A stretch of DNA of 64,000 nt, from positions 1,426,001 to 1,490,000 of the forward strand of contig NW_027139581.1 in NCBI RefSeq assembly GCF_035084215.1, in the 5' to 3' direction. The notes below the pieces were generated by a model. That model worked only from the letters and a program-made list of their open reading frames with translations. It searched no databases and had not been told where the DNA came from. The position numbers were made by a program, and so were the translations under genes. Below are positions 10,867-22,849 of the stretch, piece after piece (position 1 is the first letter of the stretch; the number at the start of each line of letters is the position of its first letter). This DNA is from Heptranchias perlo (Eukaryota).

Positions 10867-11169
10867 GGTCTCTTGCACAGTAATACATGGCGGTGTCTTC
10901 GGTCTTCAAATTAGTCATTTTCAGATAAAAGGTCGTGCTGTCTTTGGAAGGGGTGAATCGATCTTGAACTCCGGGTGCGTAATAATTCGTATGTGCGGGG
11001 CTAAGATAGCTCAGTAACCACTCCAGCCCTTTCCCTGGAACTTGCTTAACCCAAGCCATGTAATAGCTGTTGATATCGAACCCAGTCACCGAACAGGACA
11101 GTGTCTGAGTCTCCGTGGGCTTTGCGGTAACGGAATCCGATTGAGTCAGCACGATGTTGCAATGGACAT
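10867..11169 (-). CDS. IgW: IgW VH exon (germline, unrearranged, open)
   Basis: NIVLTQ...[29 protein letters not shown]...[10 protein letters not shown] with both Cys and the Trp intact; acceptor AG at 11170-11171; NIVLTQ and GFDI motifs recalled as IgW-type. Confidence 0.93.
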
Positions 11170-11459
11170 CTGAGAGTGGGGGAGAAAGATCGGATGTCAA
11201 TTAAAACAGGCAAAATTATAGATAGTCATAAAAGTAAAACAGAATATTTAAAAGCGAGAGCTGGGTTAATCATCCCTCTTCTCGTTCATTTTTTATACAA
11301 TATCTAGAACGAATTATTGAAGGTTTAATTTTGTTGTCATGCTGGAGAACTGATAAATCGGTTCTTTCCTGACGTATTTGCAATTTCGCTAAGATAATCT
11401 TCACATTACAATCAGAGGAATTTCCCCCACCCAGAGCTGAAAAGGGAAAGAGTACTCAC

Positions 11460-11505
11460 AGGTAAAGTAAGACAGAAGTAAACAGAGGTAGAAGCCAAGC
11501 GCCAT
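11460..11505 (-). CDS. IgW: VH leader exon (MALGFYLCLLLSYFT)
   Basis: ATG at 11505-11503; hydrophobic signal peptide; 46 nt, phase 1; donor GTGAGT at 11459; splices in frame to [10 protein letters not shown]. Confidence 0.9.
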
Positions 11506-11580
11506 CGTTTGCTTTCTTGATCAAACCCTCTGCTCCCCAGAACAGCCTCCTGATTACTGACCTGAAGCCGAGCGCTCCAC

Positions 11581-11912
11581 TATTTAAACTGCCTGGAGCT
11601 CCGTGATCTGAAGCCCGGGGCTGGAAATCATCCGCCTCCTTCAGCAGTAGTTTGGCTCCTCCTCTCTTTTCCTTTCTCAGCTCAACGATCTGATTTTCGA
11701 TCAACAAAAAATTAGCACCAATAATCCATTTTCTGTGCTCACCGCTCAAAATTACATTTGCTTTGTATTGGCTAATTATCGATCTCGATAATACAGTTAA
11801 TCCAAAACAAATTTAGTTTAAAAGATAGTATAAGGAATCTGATTCTCCCCACATTTTTATTCCCTGTACTGTTGGTGTCAGTGAATAGAATGCAAAAGGA
11901 GAGAGGAAGTGA
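11581..11912 (-). promoter_or_regulatory. Putative VH promoter region
   Basis: TATA-like TTTAAATA at 11588-11581, ~75 bp upstream of the ATG; ATGCAAAA (7/8 octamer, 11890-11897) next to PU.1/Ets-like GAGGAAGTGA (11903-11912). Confidence 0.45.
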
Positions 11913-12466
11913 TTAATATTGTACCAATTCTACAGATGTTTAACAAACTTTGGGAAACTGGTGCCTTTATTTTCAGGTATCAGATATCGTTTCCATGCAG
12001 TTCTTTACTTAACGTGAGCTCTCCCCATCACTCGGGCCCCTGATACTAACTTTACTATCGGTAGTGGGGTAAAGTCACTCATATTGAACGATTGTAAATT
12101 GTGAAGCAATCCACCTGTCTGTGCAGGAGATTACACAGTTTCTCCAAAACTGTCACCCTCAGAATTAAATTCTCAAACGCCTTGCTTTCTAATGAGAATT
12201 ACCGTATTGCACATTGTAAAGGTCCTGAACACGACAAAATTAAAGACTATTGAAACGTGTGAAACAAAAAAAAATAAACGGAGATATTGTTTTATTAATG
12301 TTAGATAGATTTCTGAATTTTTACAAGGAAAGTGAGATTATTATTTCACATGTTCTAGCTAAAGGTCTGATCTTTGATTAATTGTTGGATTAATCAGAGA
12401 TGCAGCTGTTTTGGTTCCAGTGAACGTGACTCCCAGCGCTGGGGAGAATTCGTGTAGTGGGCACCA

Positions 12467-12609
12467 NNNNNNNNNNNNNNNNNNNNNNNNNNNNNNNNNN
12501 NNNNNNNNNNNNNNNNNNNNNNNNNNNNNNNNNNNNNNNNNNNNNNNNNNNNNNNNNNNNNNNNNNNNNNNNNNNNNNNNNNNNNNNNNNNNNNNNNNNN
12601 NNNNNNNNN
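12467..12609. other. Assembly gap (N run); further gaps at 18354-18482 and 43263-43398
   Basis: Runs of N. Confidence 1.
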
Positions 12610-13814
12610 CTGGACATGTAAATTAATTTCAAAATTTACAGCGCCTCTGCTCACTTTTGATTCCAATTTGAAATCTACGGAACTGAATAATTAAGGACAG
12701 ATTCTGCGCGCTGTGCAATTTAATTACACACAGTCAATGATGTATATATACTTTTTATGTGTATATATTAAATATATGATATCATATATGGTACGTTCCC
12801 TGGATATAGATATATATATGTATATATATTTCATGTTTTTAATTTAACGTGAATGCAGTGTTGGAATTACAGTCAGACCAGATCTGTGTGTAACTATATT
12901 TCCCAGTCTCAGTGTTCGTTGCTGTTGTTCGCTTTGATTATAAACGAACAGCTTTCAGTATTCCCGAGTCCTGTAAAGAAAGAATAATTTAATAAAATGC
13001 TTGTATTTTATCGGTTATTCTGTTCCTCATATCAATAACCGCCTGTATATTTTTGTGGAAGTAACACATATTCCCCAGCCGACTGCCGGATTATGGTAGG
13101 TTATGGAAAATATCAAGGCTAGAATGGTCTGTACTCGGAATTGAAAAATATTTAAATAATATCTCAAGGTTCTCACATTTTATGATATTGTACAGGGGAG
13201 ATTTGCAGACAATTAGACTTTAGATGTTATCGCATGTAAAAGACGTGCTTTTGCTGAGTAGTTAAACCTCGTTTTGTTTAAACCCATACTCAAGCCATAT
13301 CTGTAAAACATTCCTTGGGGGAAGTCCGTCTTACTGTTGTCAGGAAATGGCGAAAACTCACAATGTAATTTACAAGAAGCATCTGCGGGTTCTGTGGAGT
13401 AAATCAATGAGCTGTTTCCTGACAACTGACCGCAGAGCTGAAAGCCGAGTTCAACCTCCATTCATTGTGAGTAAAGCCTAAAGGTACACAGATCTCCCCA
13501 GCAACAAATGATACTTACGTTACAACGAACCCCATTGGATGTATTAAGTTGTATTTAGCTGCCTTCGTTCTTTGCCGACCTGTTTTATAAGCATATCATG
13601 TACTTCTTCCATTGCTCTCCGTCTCAAATATCCCATCCAATTCATCACAATCTATCTCCTTCAATTACAATATAAAATTCTGTCATATCTGCCCTTAGAC
13701 TGAGTTCACTAATGAAAATAGGTCCAACTCCTTCAGCCCAGCCTGATACCTAAATACCCTGAGACTGGGTGTCATTTTACTTGCCCTGGTCTGCACCTCC
13801 TTAGGGCCATGATG

Positions 13815-15145
13815 GTCCCCTCTATCTCCCCTCTATATAACCCCCTAAATTCCTCTCTATATTCCCCTCTATAATCCCTTCTATGTTCCGTCTATTTTCC
13901 ACTCAATATTCCCCTATATATACTCCTATATATTCCCTCTATTTTCCCCTCTATATTCCCCTCTATATTCCTCTCTATATCCCAGTCTATATGCCCCTCT
14001 ATTTCACCCTCTATGGTCTCCTCTATAGTCCCATCTGTATCCCCCCTCTATATTTCCTCTATATTCCACTCTACATTCCTCTCAATATTCCCTCTCTGTA
14101 TCCCCCTCCATTTCCCCTCTATACTTCCCCGGTATTCCACTCTACATTCCTCTCTATATTCCCTCTCCATATCCAACTCTATATTTCCCTCTATATCACC
14201 TTCTATATTCTCCTCTATATTCCCATCTATATGCCCCTTTATATCCCCCTCTGTATCCCCCTTTATATCTCTCTCTATATCCCCTCTATATTCCCCCTAT
14301 ATACTCTCCTCCATATCCCCCTCCAGATTCCCTTCGATAACTCCCTCTATTCTTCCCTCTATATCCCCCTATATCCCCTCTATATCCCTCCCTATAATCC
14401 CCTCTATGTCACCTCTATATCCCCCACTATAATCCCCACAATATTTCCGCTATATCCCCCTATATTGCCCCATCTATATCGCCCTCTATATCCCCTCTGC
14501 ATTGCCCCTCTATAATCTCCCTATATTCCGCCGCTAAATTTCCCTCGACATCACACTCTATATACCCCTCTTTTCCCCCCACTATATCCCCTCTGTATTC
14601 CTCTCAATATTCCACCTCTATATCCCCCTCTATATTCCCATCCATATTCCCCTCTATATTTCCCCTCTATATTCCCCTCTATATTCCAGTCTATATCCCC
14701 TTGTATATCCCCTCTATATTCCTCTCTATATTCAACGTCTATCATCCCCCCTTATACACCTCTCTATTCCCCTTTATATTCTCTCCATATTCCTCTCAAT
14801 ATTCCCTCAATATCGCCCTCCGCACCACCTCTATTTCTCCCTCTATATCTCCCTCTATAACCTCCGCTATATCCCCTCTACATTGCCCCTCGATAATCCG
14901 CTCTATATTGCCTTTCACATTTCCCTCCATATCCCCCTCTGTATACCCCTCTGTAATCCCCTCTATGATCCCCTCGATGTCACCTCTATATCCCCCTCTA
15001 TAATCCCCTTTGTATCCCCCTCCATAACCCCCTCTATATTCTCCTCTGTATTCCCTTCTATATTCCCCTCTATAACCCCCTCTATATTCTCTTCTGTATC
15101 CCCCCCTATTTTTCCCTCTATATCCCCCTCTATATTCCCCTCCAC
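13815..15145. repeat. Degenerate ~12-bp C/T-rich satellite (tatattcccctc)n
   Basis: Continuous tatatccccctc/tatattcccctc units; the ORFs here are repeat artefacts. Confidence 0.95.
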
Positions 15146-15477
15146 CATGTATGGGCACCAGTATGAATGCAATGCTCCAAGTGTGACTCTGTCAAGAACT
15201 TGCAGAAAATTAGAAAGTGCATTGAGTGAGTCATTAATGGAAGACTATTTCCTCTATTTGGGGAGTCAGCAATGAGGGGTCACCAATATAAATTGTCTAT
15301 CAGAGAATGAGGAAGTGACTTGACGGTATGGAGGTTGGAAGAGAAATCATTGGTAAAGATACTCTGGTTACAAGCAGGTGCGCAAGGTTGATCAAAGCAA
15401 GTTAAGTCCCGCCGAGCTGGACGACAGAGGAAAGGCGTTGAAGGAGGATGGTGTGATTAAGGCATGTGGATCATAGT

Positions 15478-15822
15478 CACTGCACTTAGTCACACCGTCA
15501 TCTTTCTCCCTCTGTTGTTGTCTCTCTGTAACGTTCACTGCACTCGGGCACACCTTTAGCTATCACTCACAAAAACCAGTCGAACTTTTATCTATCTCCC
15601 TCTTGGTGTCTCTGTCAATTACTGTACTCAGTGTCACCTTTATTATATACCTCTGTTGTTGTCTCTCTGTATCGTTCACTGCACTCAGTCGCACCTTTAT
15701 CTATTTAGCTCTGTTGTTGTCTCTCTGTATCGTTCACTGCACTCAGTCACACCTTTATCTATTTCGCTCTGTTGATGTATCTCTGTATCACTGTACTCAA
15801 TCACAGCTTTAGCTATCTCCCT
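15478..15822. repeat. Short degenerate tandem repeat (~55-60 bp)
   Basis: ctctgttgttgtctctctgtatcgttcactgcactcagtcacacctttatctat recurs 5-6 times. Confidence 0.7.
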
Positions 15823-15831
15823 CCATTTGTG

Positions 15832-16390
15832 TCCCTCGAGCCTGTTCCACCATTCATTTAGATCATGACTGATCTGTATCTTCACTCCATTTACCCACCT
15901 TGGTCCCATATTCCTTAACACCCTTACCTAGCAAAAATCTATCATTCTCAGTTTTTCAATTTCGAATTGACCTTGCATGAACAGCTTTTTGGGAGAGACA
16001 GTTCCAGGTTTGCACTGCCCTTTGTGTGAAGAAGTGATTCCTGACATCACCCCTGAACGGCCTAGCTCTAATTTTAAGATTATGCCCCCTTGTTTGGATT
16101 CCCCCACAAGAGCAAATAGTTTCTCTCTATCGACCCAATCAAATCCTTCAATCGTTGTAAGCACCTCAATTACATCACGCTTTAATCTTCGAGACTCGAG
16201 GGAATACCGGCCAAGTCAATGCAATCTGTTCTCAGCATTTAACCCTTTTAGCCCCACTATAATTCTGGTGAATCTGCCCTGCACCCCTTCCAAGGTCAAA
16301 ATATCCTTCCTGAGGTGCGGTGCCCAGAACTGAACGCAGTGCACTAATTGGGGTCTAACCAGAGATTTATACAACTGTAGCATAACTCCT
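15832..16390 (-). mobile_element. CR1 LINE 3' fragment
   Basis: ORF 15928-16164 GFDWVDREKLFALVGES; CR1 3'UTR at ~15835-15900. Confidence 0.8.
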
Positions 16391-16544
16391 ATAACATAAC
16401 ATATTTACCATAGTTCTGCCGATGGTATTATTTTTTACGTCTTTCTTTAATCCCTGGGCTGCTTCCTGCTGTCGGCCACTTTCTCCACCCTGACCAACTT
16501 CCCATGAAGTTACCGAATGAAAGTAATTTATGAAGATCGCAAAC

Positions 16545-16890
16545 AGTAAGGCCGCCAGTGCTAATCCCTTAGGCACTCCACTGAGTTCACATGTTCAGCC
16601 GGATATCCGTTCAGTAAGGCCGCCACTGCTTATCCCTAAGGCACTCTACTGAGTTCACATATCCAGCCGGATATCCGTTCAGTCAGGCCGCCACTGCTAA
16701 TCCCTGAGGCACTCTATTGAGTTCACATGTCCAGCCGGATATCCGTTCAATAAGGCCGCCAGTGCGAATCCCTTAGGCACTCCACTGAGTACACATGTCC
16801 AGCCGGATATGCGTTCAGTCAGGCCGCCACTGCTGATCCCTGAGGCGCTCTGTTGAGTTCACATGTCCAGCCGGATACCGTTCAGTAAGC
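16545..16890. repeat. 68-bp tandem repeat x5, derived from CR1 RT sequence
   Basis: Period 68 (16545, 16613, 16681, 16749, 16817); minus strand reads as a degenerate GVPQGSVLGPLLF. Confidence 0.88.
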
Positions 16891-19800
16891 CAGACCCACT
16901 CCATGCTCGCTTTCAACCAAACCCGAATCGCCTACAAATGTTACCTGCAATGCACATGGAAATCTTTCAGTAAATCTGGGAAGTCTTTACTCAGAGACGT
17001 GTGAACATATTAATGGCCTGTGAGAGGAAATAGTGGGGATTAATTGGATCAGAAAGTTCCAGGGAGAATGGGTGTGTGAGAGAGAGCTGAAGAATAAAGA
17101 GAGACTGAGCGGTGCATACGCACCTGGTGAATCATTGACTAGAGGTGGATGAAAGGTATTGTGTATTATATTTACTAAACACTGGGATCAGTAAGATGGG
17201 CTGCAATTACCGTTTCTGTCTGTAAAACCTGTATTCCGATGTACCAATAACAGAGCATACGAATTTCAAATGTCCACTTGGAATGTCACATCCTGAAAAA
17301 AGTCAAGAGGTTTGACAAGATAGGATCTGTCCCTCTCTAAATTCCTGGACTGACACTTCCTGGAGAATTTCGGTATAACCTCTTCACAATGTTGTTCTTT
17401 CTGGTCCCTTTCAATGATTCTGCTGCACTGCTGTAAAATTAGTTTGCCGAAATCTAACAATTTGTTTTGTCACCTTCCTTGAAATAGGTCCGACATTGGC
17501 GAGTTCTCGTTGCAGTGGAACCTCTCCCGCATTTATTCACTCATTAATTATTACTGTCAACCATTGATAGATCTTGGCCCAGGAGTAATGGTATTGTGAA
17601 GTTGGGCCGTATCTCCGACGTTGCGGGATTTCTGCCAACTACAAAGAGGTGACTCTTACCGCTGCCGATTTTCCGCCTCTCGAGATCATTTACAGAATTG
17701 TTGGCAGCTAATTAACCTTTATTGTTGAGGGGGATATAGAGGGAGGGAACACTGGTGTTTGACCTTGGCCCCGCTCAAGCTTTGGGGCCTGAAGTTTACA
17801 ACATTTGTCCCTGCGGATTAATCGGCTTTGAACCTATAAAGAAGGTCCATGAAAGTGAGATCAAAGTCATTGAGTTGTAGAATATCTTTTTATGAGTTCG
17901 CTGCTACTAGTAGCTTTTTAGTGATTTTGTTTTCCACTAAATAATAATGACGAACTATTCCCTTTGAAATTGAGCTGCATTTCCAATAATGTCCCGGGCA
18001 CGCATGCGCACGCGCACACGGGGCCGACAAAGAGCTGACTCTCAGCGACACCGATGCGACCTTGAGAACGTCCATTAGGGGCCGCGCCAGACCAAACCAA
18101 GTGATTTTCTCCCGCTGCAGCTCTCAATTCGCCGGACAGCAGGGCAGCTGAAATGTGAAACAGGAGGGAAGGGAATCTCCATCCCTCAGACTCGCTTCTC
18201 TTTGTTTCAATCAGTTTGAACATATCCCAAAAGATATTACTGAGATTGCGGCATGTGCTTCACGTTCATCAATCTTGGTCAAGCTATTTTCTTCATAACA
18301 GTGCACCCTGCAATATCTATCAATCTGTGTATCTGTGTAATATATCCTTCACANNNNNNNNNNNNNNNNNNNNNNNNNNNNNNNNNNNNNNNNNNNNNNN
18401 NNNNNNNNNNNNNNNNNNNNNNNNNNNNNNNNNNNNNNNNNNNNNNNNNNNNNNNNNNNNNNNNNNNNNNNNNNNNNNNNNNGATTGACAGATGGACGGA
18501 TACCAATATAAATATAGATATATATATTTGCGAGGGTGGGAGCATACAATAATTTTTGGTTGGACGCATACGTTTATTCTTGTTAATAGCTATCAGCAGC
18601 TGCGTGCAATTTGTAATGTATCTCCTATTATGTCGTAATATTCGCGTTGAAAGGCTGGGGATGAATCTTGCAACAATCTTCCAGAGACGATTGGGGATTG
18701 AGGGGGACTATAGAGGAGGGACAGCGCTATTAGTGGTAAAATCTGTTGTGTGAAAGTTTACTAATGCACACTTGTATTGTGCTGTGCTAATTGATCGCAG
18801 TTGTTTTTATGTTAAGGATCTTTTTCCTGCAGTATTTTCTAAATAGCTAACACTGATTCTGTGAGGCAGAGCCCGGAACTGTGCACTCACAGCACCGCCG
18901 TTTGGGCTGCTGCAGGGTCCTAAACCCCTCAAACTGCTTAAATCTCATCTGGTTCAGAGGAACAACTGAAAAGAGCACAATCAAAGTGTTTGCTTTTTGT
19001 AATAGTGTGTGTGAGTGTACAACAAATATCATTCTTAATGGTTACAAGTACATTCCACATGGATTAATTATTATCTTCACCAATTATTTTCAGCATTTTT
19101 TTTTCTGTTATTAATAAATGTCATTGCAGATCGTTTATATCTTTAACATGTATTTATAACTCTTCGTCAGAAAACGATGTCATGCTGACCATTCTGTTAC
19201 CAAGGCAAGCTTGTCCCAAGTATTCTGTTGGAAAAGTGATGAGATCACACAATGAATAGCTGAACCTATCCTAGAATCATATAATGTGCGACACTGAAGG
19301 CCGCCGTTTGGCAATAGCGGCGCTTCCTCTTCAAATGTGCCTTCGGATCTCATGTTCCTGCGATTTACGGTGTATTTTTGATATTTTTCCTCTCAAATAC
19401 TTAACCAATTCACCTTCAATCGTCGAGATGGTTAAAACAATCCAGGGACCTTCTGCGTGAAAAGAAATCTCCCAGCGCATCCTCCTGCTCTCCTCCTGAT
19501 AACACTGATCCCATACCGCGTGAATGGCCAACCAGTGGAAGCAATCTTTTATTATTTACCCTTTGTGCTCTATGATTCTCGGATGATCTCTAAAACTGTG
19601 TTGCTGTTTGGAATATACTATCTTTCAATATTTTTTCCCAAAAATGTGTTACTTCACATTTCCTTGCATTCAACAGCATTTGTCACCTCTCTCCTCTTTC
19701 TACTAACCGGCCTATGTCCTGTAATCTTCTGAATTATTTTTCATAGCTTTGGGATTATAATTTGGAACCATCAGCAAACTGTGATAGCATTCGTCTTTTG

Positions 19801-20574
19801 TCGATATCCAAACCATTTGTGTAAATGTCAATTAAAACAGAAAAAGAAAAGGGGCCCGAGCACAGATCCCTACAGTCTGCCACTGACCACATCATGTGAA
19901 TGCAAAAACAAAATCCAGTTACCCCTACACTTTCACTTCAGCCCCTCAGCCACCGCTCTGTCCAGATAGCCACATTCCCTTTACTACCATGTGCCTTGCT
20001 TTTTGCAAAAAGTCTCTTCTGTGACACCTCAGGAAACGTCTTCTAAAAATCCATAGATAAAAACAGGCCCTTTCCCTTCATCTGTGCTCCAGTTGAAATC
20101 CTCAAGCACAACCTGTACTTGATCGATCCACGCTGTCTGTCCCTGATCAGCCCACGCCTTTCTCAGTGTTCATTAATATCATCCCGTATAATGGACTGCA
20201 GCGGTGAAATGTTCCTCTTTAATGTTCCAGGGATAGAGTATTCACTGGGGACGGTGCATTGAGGGAACTCAACGCCTGCTACCATGGAGTCTCTCTGGTT
20301 TCTTGTCAAGTGATCATCTCAGCATCACACAAAAGTTCCTGACATAAACCTGGAGTGTGTGATGATTTGTGCAAGTGATGGTAAAAATGAAAGTAAGATT
20401 AATAAGTGTGTAATTCTCTCACTTAATTATTTCCGTTGATGAAGGCAATGCAACACTTGCTACTCTCCAGCGACGTTAGGTCTATTTCTGTTTCCACAGT
20501 CTTTTTTTGACCATTACCTCCACTATTTCCCTCGCAACCTCTTCCAATTTTTTGGACGCGGAACTACAAGGGCC

Positions 20575-21410
20575 TGCTGATCCGTGGCAGACGAAATTCA
20601 ACGCAGAAAGGTGTGAAGTGATACATCTCTGTGGGAAGAACTAGGAGAAGCAATATAAACTAAAGGGCACAATTCTAAAAGGAGTGCAGGAACAGAGAGA
20701 TCTGGGGGTGCACAAATCGTTGAAGGTCGCAGGGCAGGTTGAGAAAGCAGGTTGATAAAGCATCGGGGATCGTGGTCTCTATAAATAGAGGCATGGAGTA
20801 CAAAGGCAAGGAGGTTGTGATGAACCTTTATAAAACACTGGTTGGACCACAACTGGAATATTGGGTCCAGTTCTGGGCACTGAACTTTAGGAAGGATGTG
20901 AAGGCCTTAGAGAGGGTGCAGAAAAGATTTACTAGAATGATTCCAGGGATGAGGGACTTCAGTTACCTGCATAGACTGGAAAAGCTGAGGATGTGCTCCT
21001 TAGAGCAGAGATGGTTTAGAGGAGATTTGAGAAAGGTATTCAGAATCATGAAGGCTCTGGAGAGAGTAGATAGAGAGAAAATGTTCCCATTGGCGGAGCG
21101 GTCAAGAATCAGAGGACATAGATTTAAGGTGATTGGCAAAAGAACCAAAGGCGAGATGAGAAAAAACTTTTTTTGACACAGCGAGTGGTTGTGATCTGGA
21201 ATGCACTGCCTGAGGTGGTGGTGGAGGCAGATTCAATCATGGCCTTCAAAAGGGAACTGGATAAGTACTTGAAGGGAAAAACATTTCGGGGATACGGGCA
21301 TATGGCAGGGGAGTGGGACTAGCTGGATTGCTCTTGCAGACAGCCGGCACGGACTCGACGGGTCGAATGGCCTCCTTCCGTGCTGTAATATTTCTATGAT
21401 TCCATGATTA
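20575..21410 (+). mobile_element. CR1 LINE 3' portion
   Basis: ORF 20739-21176 LYKTLVGPQLEYWVQFW...LERVQKRFTRMIPG; (ctatgatt)-like tail. Confidence 0.9.
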
Positions 21411-22018
21411 TGAACGTAGATATTGCCTTCACTAATTTGCCCTATAACTTGTAGAAATGGACCAAAAACAATTATTGTTTGAATTCGTTGAGAGATTTGC
21501 ATTTCTCTCTCTCTCTTTATTCTGGGTTGTGTTGGGGGAACATGTGGTGCTGATTTTCGGTGCTCAATACTCTAATCTGGGACTTCTATTTCTGTGATTA
21601 TTTACATAAGCGCCTTTGGTTTCGGTGAAATGTTCACGGCAGCAAACCCAGATCATCAAACTCAGTTATTGATTTGTTTGAACTCACAAATAGGTTTTAT
21701 TTTCAGAATATTGACAGTTTCGTCCAAAGAAATAGAAATGTCTCGAACAGTGGCATCGGTGGCGGTTTTGTTCAATTAGAACAGATGTTATTTGTATCAA
21801 ATGGGAACACGATTAAAATTAAGAACCCAGTTCGGCTGCAGAAATCAATAGAACATTCCTAAAGAGGCTGGTGTTCCTCTGGATGTCAACTTTGTGGAAC
21901 ATTTAACCCATGTAAAGTTAACAGGTTAAAGCAATGACCAGAGCAATGTTCTACAGACGCATTAATCTCTGAGCTTTTAACATATCGCAACTTGTATTTT
22001 CAAATGTTGACATTTAAA

Positions 22019-22690
22019 AAGAAAGACTTGCATTTATATAGCGCCTTTCATGACCTCCGGACGTCCCAAAGTGCTTTGCAGCCCATGAAGTACTTCTGAA
22101 GTGTGGTCACTGTTGAATGTAGGAAATACGGCAGCCAATTTGCGCACAGCAAGATCCCACTAACAGCAATGCGATAATGAATACTGAACGAGAGGGATAG
22201 AGGGAGCAATAGAGAGAATGGGAGAGAGTGAGAAACGGAAGAAGTGGGAGAGACAGAAGGAAACAGACAGAGAGAGGGAGAGACAGGGAAAACAGAGATG
22301 GAGAGAGAGAGAGACAGGGGGAGACAGAAAAGGGAGATAGGGGCAACAGTGAGAGAGAGAAAGAATAAGAAAGGTAGGTGGAAACAGAAAGGCAGAGGAA
22401 GAGATGGGGAAACAGTTAGGGAGAGAGCAAGATGGAGAAAGATACAGCAGCCAATTTTTGAACAGTAAGATCCCACATGGAGCAATGAGATAAATGACCA
22501 GATGATCTGTTTCAGTGATGTTGATTTAGTGATAAACATTGGCGCAGGAGAAACCCCCTGCTCTTCTTCAAAATAGTATCATGGGATTTTTCACGTCCAC
22601 CTGGGAGGACAGACAGTGCCTCAATCTATCGTCTCATCCAAAAGAATGCACATCTGACAGTGCAGCACTCCCCCAGTACTGCACTGGATT
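22019..22690 (-). mobile_element. Deu-domain SINE interrupted by a GA-rich tract (~22185-22440)
   Basis: Same tail and core as 27036-27458; cagccaatt...gatcccac appears on both sides of the GA tract. Confidence 0.75.
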
Positions 22691-22849
22691 GTCATCCAAT
22701 ATTGGGCTCAATTCTCTGCCTTTGGCCCATATCCCTTAATACCTTTGGTTGCCAAAAAGCTATCTATCTCAGATTTAAATGTAGCAATTGAGCTGAGATA
22801 GATTTGTCTTACACTGACCCGTTTCCTCAACTACTTCTTACAACATTCT

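Noticed and set aside
2714-11505. Calling the cluster IgM or IgNAR
   Set aside because: It has a conventional VH with full FR2/CDR2 and a CH1 with the light-chain Cys, so it is not IgNAR. The NIVLTQ V start and the CH1/CH3 motifs fit IgW rather than IgM.
13883-15275. Long Tyr/Ile/Pro-rich ORFs
   Set aside because: Translation artefacts of the 12-bp satellite.
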